Source: Haloferax volcanii DS2 (GTDB lineage: Archaea > Halobacteriota > Halobacteria > Halobacteriales > Haloferacaceae). Taken from it: a DNA stretch of 32,000 bases. Shown piece by piece: positions 7,971 to 15,148 of the stretch; position 1 is the first letter of the stretch, and each line of letters starts with the position of its first letter. The notes beneath the pieces were generated by a model. That model saw only the letters and a list, made by a program, of their open reading frames with translations. It was not told where the DNA came from and searched no databases. The stretch covers positions 240,001 through 272,000 of the forward strand of contig NC_013964.1 of the NCBI RefSeq assembly GCF_000025685.1, given 5' to 3'. Both the position numbers and the translations under genes were made by a program.

Positions 7971-9367
7971 CGACTCGCGACCCCTCGGCCGCTGGCGCGT
8001 CCGGTGCCGGGCGCGTCGTCGTCCTCGATATCGTCGGCCTCCAACAAACGCACCTCGACGAGGGGCTGGCACCGAACGTCGCCGACTTGCTGGCCGGCAA
8101 GCCGTCCGGCCCGCTCGAACCCTCGTTTCCGAGCGTCACGGTGCCCGCGCAGACGACGCTCTCGACCGGGCAGTCGCCCGCGGCCCACGGCGACGTGTCC
8201 AGCGGCGAGTTCGACCGCGAGCGACAGGTCGCCGAGTTCTGGGAGCGCGACCGAGGAGGCCGAACCCGGCTGTGGGAGGTCGCGAGCGACGAGGCGGGCC
8301 TCACCACGGGCGCGCTGTTCTTCCAGCACCTCATCGGCACGAGCGCCGACGTGGCCGTCACGCCGTCGCCCATCGAAGACGAGGACAACAATCTCATCGA
8401 GATGGACTGCTGGACGACCCCCGACGGCTTCTACGACGACCTCCGCGAGGAGTACGGCCACTTCCCGCTGCACAACTACTGGGGGCCGGTCGCCGACGAG
8501 CGGAGCAGCGAGTGGATTCTCGCGGCCGCGCGGGAGTCGATAGCGCGGTCCGACCCGGACCTCCTGTGGGTGTACGTGCCGTACCTCGACTACGACGCCC
8601 AGCGGCACGGCCCCGACTCGCCGGAACTCCGGGAGGCCGTCGGCGTCGTCGACGACCTCGTCGGGGAGTTCCTCGACCGGCTCGAAACGACGCCCCGCTG
8701 GGCCGAGACGGCGGTCGGCGTCGTCAACGAGTACGGCTTCAACGCGGTCGACACCCCGGTGTTTCCGAACCGGGCGCTCCGCGAGGCGGGCCTGCTCGCC
8801 GTGCGCAACGACGACGCGGGCGGCGAGAAAGTCGATATCGCCGGGTCGTCGGCGTTCGCCATGGTCGATCACCAAATCGCGCATGTCTACACCGACCGCC
8901 CGACGGCCGCCCGAAAGGTGCTCGAATCGCTCCCCGGCGTCGACGCGGTGCTCGAAGGGGAGGCCCGGGGCGACGCGGACCACCCGAACGCCGGCGACCT
9001 CGTCGTCGTCGCGGACGCGGACGCGTGGTTCCAGTACTACTGGTGGACCGACGACGCCGATGCGCCGTCGTACGCGACGGAGATAGACATCCACGCCAAG
9101 CCCGGCTTCGACCCGTGCGAACTGTTCCTCGGCGACGAGGGACTCGTGACGCTCGACCCGACGAAGGTGTCGGGGTCGCACGGCCGCATCGACCCAGACA
9201 CGCGCGGCTTCTACGGCTTCGGCGGGCCGGCGGCACCCGACGGCCCGTCCGACCGAATCGTCGATGCGCGGCGGTTCGCGCCGACGGTCGCGGACCTCCT
9301 CGGCATCGCAGAGGACGTGTCGCTCGCGTTCGAGCGCCCGTCGCTGTTCGCCGGGCCGCAAGTGTAG
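7967..9367 (+). CDS. Alkaline-phosphatase-superfamily nucleotide pyrophosphatase/phosphodiesterase (type I phosphodiesterase family)
   Basis: VVVLDIVGL...EPSFPSVTVPAQTTLSTGQSPAAHG is the metal and nucleophile-Thr motif region of NPP/AP enzymes. 466 aa with no signal peptide. The GTG start at 7967 overlaps the upstream TGA (GTGA), suggesting translational coupling to the MIPS-family gene. Confidence 0.8.
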   Translation: MTTRDPSAAGASGAGRVVVLDIVGLQQTHLDEGLAPNVADLLAGKPSGPLEPSFPSVTVPAQTTLSTGQSPAAHGDVSSGEFDRERQVAEFWERDRGGRTRLWEVASDEAGLTTGALFFQHLIGTSADVAVTPSPIEDEDNNLIEMDCWTTPDGFYDDLREEYGHFPLHNYWGPVADERSSEWILAAARESIARSDPDLLWVYVPYLDYDAQRHGPDSPELREAVGVVDDLVGEFLDRLETTPRWAETAVGVVNEYGFNAVDTPVFPNRALREAGLLAVRNDDAGGEKVDIAGSSAFAMVDHQIAHVYTDRPTAARKVLESLPGVDAVLEGEARGDADHPNAGDLVVVADADAWFQYYWWTDDADAPSYATEIDIHAKPGFDPCELFLGDEGLVTLDPTKVSGSHGRIDPDTRGFYGFGGPAAPDGPSDRIVDARRFAPTVADLLGIAEDVSLAFERPSLFAGPQV

Positions 9368-9400
9368 GTTCGACACCGCCGCGACGCGCTCCAGAACTGC

Positions 9401-9406
9401 TTTTCC
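9401..9406 (+). terminator. Oligo-T stretch downstream of the 7967-9367 gene
   Basis: ttttcc lies about 35 nt after the stop. Archaeal termination commonly uses oligo-T. Weak evidence. Confidence 0.25.
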
Positions 9407-9440
9407 GCTCCGCTCGACGACAGCGAACGTACGATAGATA

Positions 9441-9470
9441 CAAAAGAAAAGCCGCCGCGGACCGCGGTCG
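9441..9470 (-). terminator. GC palindrome followed by T-run downstream of the giant gene
   Basis: On the minus strand, ccgcggtccgcgg (two self-complementary ccgcgg units) is followed by cttttcttttg (plus coordinates 9441-9451). This lies 20-47 nt after the stop at 9488-9490. Confidence 0.4.
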
Positions 9471-9487
9471 GAACGCGTCTCGCCCGC

Positions 9488-12400
9488 TCAGTTCCCGCCC
9501 GAACTCGCGATTTCGATGGTGCCGCGCATCCGTAGCTGGTGGGCGCGACAGACGTACTCCGCCATCGCGTCGGTGACGGTGAACGTGACGGTCTGTGACT
9601 CGCCCTGCGTCGAGAGGTACGACGTGGAGATGTCGTTGACGGTGGAGTCGTCGCCGTTGACGATTTCGAAGTTGTGGGGCGCGCCGTTGCGGTTCGTCCA
9701 CGTGAGCGTGTACTCGCCGCCGGCTTCGAGGGTGAGCGTCGGATTCGTCGCGTCCGCGATTCCGGACGGCGCGACGCCGGTCCAGCCCTCGTTGCTCTCG
9801 GCTTCGAGTTCGATGGTCGAGCCCGACGGGATGACATCGCTCCCGTCGTCGTCGCTGCCGCCGTCGTCGCCGCCGCCGCTCGTCGCCTCGACGTGCGCAG
9901 TGACGCGGTCGTAGACGAGCTCCAGCCCGTTGCCGGAGCCGCCGATGCGCGTCAGTTCGGTATCGTCGAACCAGACGGTGCCGGTGGCGTCTCCCCAGCC
10001 GCCGAACAGCAGGTTAAGCTGGAACTCGCCGGGCGACGCCCCGGTCGAGAACGTCGTTTCGAGCAGTTGCCAGCCCTCGACGGGCTCCGTGTAGTAGTCG
10101 GTGACAGAGCCCTGTCCGAGTGAGTGGACGTTGATGGTGACACCGTAGGAGCTTCCGATTTCCCCGGTTCCGTCCTCGGAGTTGCTGAAGTCGTCCGAGG
10201 TCCTGACCCACGCCCGGAAGCGGTACTCCGAGTTCGGTTCGAGGTCGTCGCGGTACTGGGTCCACGACGCATCCGCACCCTCCGTGGAGTCGACGCGGAC
10301 GCTGTACTCGCCCGTCCGCGAAACGTCCGAGGTGTAGGTGAACTCGGCCGTGCCGCCGTAGGTAGTCCCCTCCCAGTTCGCCGGGGTCTCGGGGTCCGAC
10401 GGGGAGTCGGTTCCCGCTCCCTCCTCGAACGACGCGTTCGGCAGGAGGTTGTTCCCGTCGGGGTCGGTCAGCGAGACGTTGTCGAACCACGCCGTCCCGG
10501 TGGCCGTGCCGTAGCCGCCGAACAGGCAGTTAATCTGGACCGTCGTGGTGTCCGCGCCCGTGGTGAACGTGGTACTCACCTCCGTCCAGTCGTTCGTCCC
10601 GGTCAGCGGCTCCGTCTCGAAGTCCGTGCTGTGGACGTTGAACAGCGCGCCGCGGGCAGAGTCGCTGGCCTGCACGTTCTCGGTCCGTATCCAGCCGCTG
10701 AGGGTGTACTCCGTCTCGGGCTGGACCGAGATGCCGTCGACGAGCCAGACCGCGTCCGCGCCCTCGGTGGACGAGATTTGGACGCTCTGACTGCCGTCTT
10801 GGCCCGCGTCCGCGTAGGTGTACTCGGCGGTGCCCGTGAACGTGTTCGTCGACCAGTCGGCGGGCATCGCCGGCTCGCTGCTGCCGGTGCTCTCTTCGAA
10901 GGAACCGTTCGAGAGCACGTCGGTGCCGTCCGGGTCGGTCAACGAGACGCCGTCGAACCACGCCGTCCCCGTCGCCTCGCCGTAGCCGCCGAACAGGCAG
11001 TTAATCTGGAGCTCTTCGAGGTCGCCGCTGTCGATGGTGGTGCTCAGTTCCGTCCAGTCGTTGGTGCCGGCCAGTCCGGACGGGATGGTGTCCCACTGCG
11101 TGCCCGAGTCCGTGTTCGCTATCTGCTCGACGTTGATGGTCGCGCCGAGCGGTCCCTCACCGATTGCGGTCCCGTCGACGAGTTCGAGGCCGTCGGTCCT
11201 GACGTACGCGGAGAGGGTGTACTCGGTGTTCGGGTCGACCGCGACGGTCGTGTTCCACGAGGCGTCCGCGCCCTCGGAGGACGACACCTGGACGCTCCGG
11301 TCGCCCTCGTAGCCCGTCTCGGCGTACGAGAACTCGGGCGACCCGGAGTAGTCCGTGTTCGACCAGCCGACGGGCATCGCGTCGGCGTCGCCGGTGTCGC
11401 CGCCGGCGGGCGTCTCGAACGAGGGGTTTTCGAGGAGGTTCGGCAGGTCGTCGCCGCCGTCGCCGCCGTCGCTCGTGTCCTCGTTTGCCTCGTACGCCGG
11501 GATGAAGCCGTCGGCGTGGGTCGCGCCGGCGAGCGACGCCGCGTCGACGAGAACCGTGTCCCGGTAGTTCGACTCGTCGCTAATCATCTGGTAGACCGCC
11601 TCGCCGGACGCGTCGTCGGCCGGCGTCTGCGCGAGCGCGACGAGCGCCCACATGGCGACTCGCCCGTCTTCGTCGTCGAGGAGGCCGTTGTCGAGAATCG
11701 CCCCCCGCGTCTCCGCCGTCGACGGGAGGACGCGGAGTGCGGTGAGCCTGACGCCCGCCGAGGAGTGGGTCAGCGCGCCGAGCGCGGCCTGAATCGCGGT
11801 CGCGTTTCCGGTGTCGGCGTCGAGCGCGCCGAGGCCGTGCATCGTCCGCAGCGCGTGAATCGCCGCCGGGTCGAGGCCGGTTTCGTCGAGCGTCTCCGTC
11901 GCGACGAGGTCGACGAGCGCCGAGAGCGCGCCGGTCTCGTTCCGTTCGACCAACAGCCGTTGGGCCGTCTGCCGCCAGAACATGTTCGTGTTCGACAGCG
12001 CCGCCACGAGTTCTGAGACGCTCGCGTCCGAGAGGTCGGTCGGCTCGTAGCCGTCGTCGTCGCCGTAGACGACGCGGAAGAGTCGGGCGGTCGCGTGGTC
12101 GCGCACCTCGGACATGTACGCGTTTCCGGGGCCGTTCTCGAAGCCGTCGGGTGTCGGGTTGTGCTGGTAGATGTAGTTGTACCAGTCGATGAACCAGAGC
12201 ATGCCGTCCGGGCCGACGGAGGAGTACGACGGTGCGAACCACGCATCTGTCGCGGCCGCGATGTTGTGGGCGTAATGGTTGGTGTAGCCCGCGCCGTCCT
12301 GCGAGAGGAAGAACGTCCCGAGCAGGTTACCCGTTCCGCCGCCGACGAAGCCGGTGTTGTTCCAGTACTTCTCGGGATATTCACGCGCCGTGTAGATGGT

Positions 12401-14698
12401 GTGACCGGTCGCCGCGGTGTAGCCACCGTGGAGGTCGACCTGCCGGACGCGGTCCGTGACCGGAAGGAATCGGTTCGTGTCGGACGCCGCGCCGAAGTCG
12501 TTCGGCCCGGTCCCCTCGATGAGGTCGTAGTACTGATGCGGGATGGCGAAGTAGTTGCTCGGTCGCCCGGAGGTCGCCGCCGAGCCGAAGGCGAGGCCCT
12601 CCTCGGTGAAGCCGAGGCCGGCCTGGTTCCCCGGGAGCGTGCCGACGATTTCGAAGTCCGTGACTGAGCCGTCTTCCAGCTTGAATCGGAAGACTGAGGA
12701 GCTGAAGTTTCGCTCCTCGCCGGCGACGGTGCCGCTGAAGCCGGAGTAGCCGACCTGTCCCCAAATCCAGTTGTCGATGCCGTGGGCCAGTTCGTTGGGG
12801 CCGGCGTGGGTGTCGCCGTTGCCGAACCCGGAGAACAGGACCGTCCGCTCGTCGGCCTCTCCGTCGCCGTCCGTGTCAGCGAGGTGGACCATCTTCCCGC
12901 TCTCGCCGGGGTCGTCGAGGTCCGCAACGACGACGCCGTCGTCGACGACCACCATGCTCGTCGGAATCGAGAGGCCGTCCGCGAAGACGGTGAACTCGTC
13001 GGCCTCGCCGTCGCCGTCGGTGTCCTCGCAGACGACGATTTTGTCGCGGTTCTGCCCGAGTTCGTTCGGGTAGTCGCGGGTGACAGACAGCCAGACGCGA
13101 CCCCGCGCGTCGAACTTCGCGTCGAGGATGTTCCCCCGCGCGTCGTCCGGCAGGTCGGCCTCGGTGACGAACGGTTCGAGGTCGAACCCCTCCGGCGTAA
13201 TCGTCCGCCGGACCGTCTCGCTGGGGTTCAGCGCCCGCTGCATCCTGTTCCAACTCGTCCCGCTGCCGACCTCCTCGGGGACCTCCGGCGTCAGGAGGCT
13301 CCCCTCCGGCGGCGGATAGTACGGGATGTCGGCGTCGATGAACTCCAAGTCGTTGAGGACCGTGGTGTCGTCGGCGATGGTATCTTCGTTCTTCGTGACC
13401 CAGCGAATCGCGTTCTCGATGAGCGCCTTGAAGCCGTCGGTCGCCCACGGCGCTCTGCCGTGACCCCACGCGGTGTAGAAGACGCGGCCGTCGCCCTGCG
13501 TGCGGGTCCACGACCACGGTTCGCCTTGGTCGCGTCCCTCGTCGTACTCGGGGATGCTGTCGCCCTCGGGGAACTGCGCGTAGGCGAGTACGTCGATATC
13601 GTCGTTGAGGTTCGTGTGGCGATACGTCTCGTCTTCGACCGTGATGGGGTCGAGGGTCGACAGGATGGGGTGGCTCGGCTGGGCGAAGTTCGTCGTCATC
13701 TCGCCGTAGTTGTGGGCGGCGAACTCGCCGCCGACGAGGTTCATGTAAGCGTCCGAGCCGGTGAAACAGGCCGAAGCGCTGTGAATCGGGATGAAGCCGC
13801 CGCCGTTCTCGACGAACTCGACGATGGACTGCTCCTGTTCCGCGGTCAGCGATTGACCGTAGTTCGCGCCGCGGTTGTCTATCATAACCCACGCGTCGTA
13901 GCGGTGGAGCACGTCGGGTTCGAGGTCTTCGAGTCGGTCGGTGTACTGGACCTCGATACCGCGGTTCAGCATGTACCCGGTGAGCTGGACCTGCCGTGCG
14001 GGCGCGTTGTGGCTGCCGCCCTGCGGGCCACCCATCATGAGGACGCTGATGGTGTCCTCGGCCGGCGGCGGCGTTATCTCGACGCTTCCCCGCATCTGCT
14101 CGGGGTGTTCTTCGGCGTAGTACATCGCCATCGACGACTCGGCGGTGAACGTGACCGTCTCCGAGCCGCCCGACGCCTGCATCGTGGAGAACGACTCCAT
14201 CACCTCGCCGGTCGGGTCCGCGAGCACGAACGTGATGTCCTCGTCCATGGCGTTCGAGAGCTCGATTTCGTACTCCTCGCCCTCGTGCACGACGAGCGTC
14301 GGATTGGCCGTGTCCGCCATCTCGTCTGGCTCGGTCGCGACCCACGAAAACGAGTCCGCCGCGGTCTCGATTTCCGTCCCGTTTCGCCAGCTGTTGATGC
14401 CCGTCAACAGGGAGTTGGTCGTCAGGTCGCCCTCGCGCCAGTCGGATATCGCGTCCGCGAGACCCGACCCCTCGATGACGGACTCCTCGTTCGTGTACGC
14501 CGCGAGGACGTCGCCCTCCGTCGCCACGAGGCGAATCGTGTCGGTGGCGGTGAGCTGTTGCGCCTGCGCGACGCCGCTGGCCCCGAGGAAGTTCGCCGCC
14601 CCCGCGCCGCTTACCTTCATGAAGTCGCGTCTGTTGATGTTCAGTCGGTCGCCGTCGTCGTCCGGGTTCGATTCCCGTGTCGTGTCGTCGTGTGTCAT
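9488..14698 (-). CDS. Giant Tat-exported multidomain oxidoreductase-like protein (1736 aa): degenerate cupredoxin, ThuA, dehydrogenase-like propeller, HEAT, 3x CBM-like, type-1 Cu cupredoxin
   Basis: Tat signal NRRDFMKVSGAGAANFLGASGVAQA (aa 22-46). ThuA-like region, aa ~216-436 (ISVLMMGG...FIPIHSA...RVFYTAWGHG). GSDH/membrane-bound-dehydrogenase-like region, aa ~495-880 (FDARGRVWLSV, two DTDGDGEADE motifs). HEAT-like helical repeats, aa ~890-1060. Three CBM4_9-like modules, aa 1085-1584. C-terminal cupredoxin, aa ~1622-1731, with H1675, C1717, H1720, M1724. ATG start and TGA stop checked. Confidence 0.9.
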   Translation of the reverse strand: MTHDDTTRESNPDDDGDRLNINRRDFMKVSGAGAANFLGASGVAQAQQLTATDTIRLVATEGDVLAAYTNEESVIEGSGLADAISDWREGDLTTNSLLTGINSWRNGTEIETAADSFSWVATEPDEMADTANPTLVVHEGEEYEIELSNAMDEDITFVLADPTGEVMESFSTMQASGGSETVTFTAESSMAMYYAEEHPEQMRGSVEITPPPAEDTISVLMMGGPQGGSHNAPARQVQLTGYMLNRGIEVQYTDRLEDLEPDVLHRYDAWVMIDNRGANYGQSLTAEQEQSIVEFVENGGGFIPIHSASACFTGSDAYMNLVGGEFAAHNYGEMTTNFAQPSHPILSTLDPITVEDETYRHTNLNDDIDVLAYAQFPEGDSIPEYDEGRDQGEPWSWTRTQGDGRVFYTAWGHGRAPWATDGFKALIENAIRWVTKNEDTIADDTTVLNDLEFIDADIPYYPPPEGSLLTPEVPEEVGSGTSWNRMQRALNPSETVRRTITPEGFDLEPFVTEADLPDDARGNILDAKFDARGRVWLSVTRDYPNELGQNRDKIVVCEDTDGDGEADEFTVFADGLSIPTSMVVVDDGVVVADLDDPGESGKMVHLADTDGDGEADERTVLFSGFGNGDTHAGPNELAHGIDNWIWGQVGYSGFSGTVAGEERNFSSSVFRFKLEDGSVTDFEIVGTLPGNQAGLGFTEEGLAFGSAATSGRPSNYFAIPHQYYDLIEGTGPNDFGAASDTNRFLPVTDRVRQVDLHGGYTAATGHTIYTAREYPEKYWNNTGFVGGGTGNLLGTFFLSQDGAGYTNHYAHNIAAATDAWFAPSYSSVGPDGMLWFIDWYNYIYQHNPTPDGFENGPGNAYMSEVRDHATARLFRVVYGDDDGYEPTDLSDASVSELVAALSNTNMFWRQTAQRLLVERNETGALSALVDLVATETLDETGLDPAAIHALRTMHGLGALDADTGNATAIQAALGALTHSSAGVRLTALRVLPSTAETRGAILDNGLLDDEDGRVAMWALVALAQTPADDASGEAVYQMISDESNYRDTVLVDAASLAGATHADGFIPAYEANEDTSDGGDGGDDLPNLLENPSFETPAGGDTGDADAMPVGWSNTDYSGSPEFSYAETGYEGDRSVQVSSSEGADASWNTTVAVDPNTEYTLSAYVRTDGLELVDGTAIGEGPLGATINVEQIANTDSGTQWDTIPSGLAGTNDWTELSTTIDSGDLEELQINCLFGGYGEATGTAWFDGVSLTDPDGTDVLSNGSFEESTGSSEPAMPADWSTNTFTGTAEYTYADAGQDGSQSVQISSTEGADAVWLVDGISVQPETEYTLSGWIRTENVQASDSARGALFNVHSTDFETEPLTGTNDWTEVSTTFTTGADTTTVQINCLFGGYGTATGTAWFDNVSLTDPDGNNLLPNASFEEGAGTDSPSDPETPANWEGTTYGGTAEFTYTSDVSRTGEYSVRVDSTEGADASWTQYRDDLEPNSEYRFRAWVRTSDDFSNSEDGTGEIGSSYGVTINVHSLGQGSVTDYYTEPVEGWQLLETTFSTGASPGEFQLNLLFGGWGDATGTVWFDDTELTRIGGSGNGLELVYDRVTAHVEATSGGGDDGGSDDDGSDVIPSGSTIELEAESNEGWTGVAPSGIADATNPTLTLEAGGEYTLTWTNRNGAPHNFEIVNGDDSTVNDISTSYLSTQGESQTVTFTVTDAMAEYVCRAHQLRMRGTIEIASSGGN
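9947..11446 (-). repeat. Three tandem CBM-like modules (~155-170 aa each) within the giant gene
   Basis: Shared pattern: N(L/V)L.N.SFE....P..W........(E/Y)(F/Y)(S/T)Y......G..S(V).(V/I).S.EGADA.W......(V).P(N/E)(T/S)EY...(A/G)(Y/W)(V/I)RT...Q(I/L)N(C/L)LFGG(Y/W)G.ATGT.WFD. An identical 31-mer, ccgtagccgccgaacaggcagttaatctgga, occurs at 10509-10539 and 10980-11010 (offset 471 nt, 157 codons). Confidence 0.9.
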
Positions 14699-15148
14699 AG
14701 TGTTGCGTCGGTCGCTGTCGTCGGTTACCGTTCGATTCAGGGTTGCGCTGCTCTCGGGGAGCGCACCCCGGCCGCGTCCCCCGCCAACGGGCCGAGCGGA
14801 CAGACGGCTCTCCCCCCGCGCGCTCGCCCGAACCGCTCGACGAGGTGTGACGGGTGTATCGCCGTTACGTCCGCAGGCTCATTGTGGTGGGCTACCGAAT
14901 TTCATGAACTAACATTACTTGAATGTACTGTCCGGCGGCAAGGAGCGACCGCCCGGTTCACCGCCTCAGTCGCCGGTGAACGTTGGCCTAACCCCAATGT
15001 TAATTATTGTCTGTCGTGTTGCTTCAGTTGCACGTATGAACCGCGCACACACACAGTCTGTCGTACCGGCGGCGACGCCAAGGGGCGTCGCGGGTTCGAA
15101 CCACGGGGGCGGACCGACCGGGCGCGAGCGGCCCGAAGCGGGTGGCCG

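Noticed and set aside
7828-9701. ORFs of 582 aa (plus), 478 aa (minus) and 320 aa (minus) overlapping the phosphodiesterase gene
   Set aside because: Arg/Pro/Gly-rich artefact translations. The 7967-9367 frame carries the AP-superfamily metal and nucleophile motif and an acidic composition.
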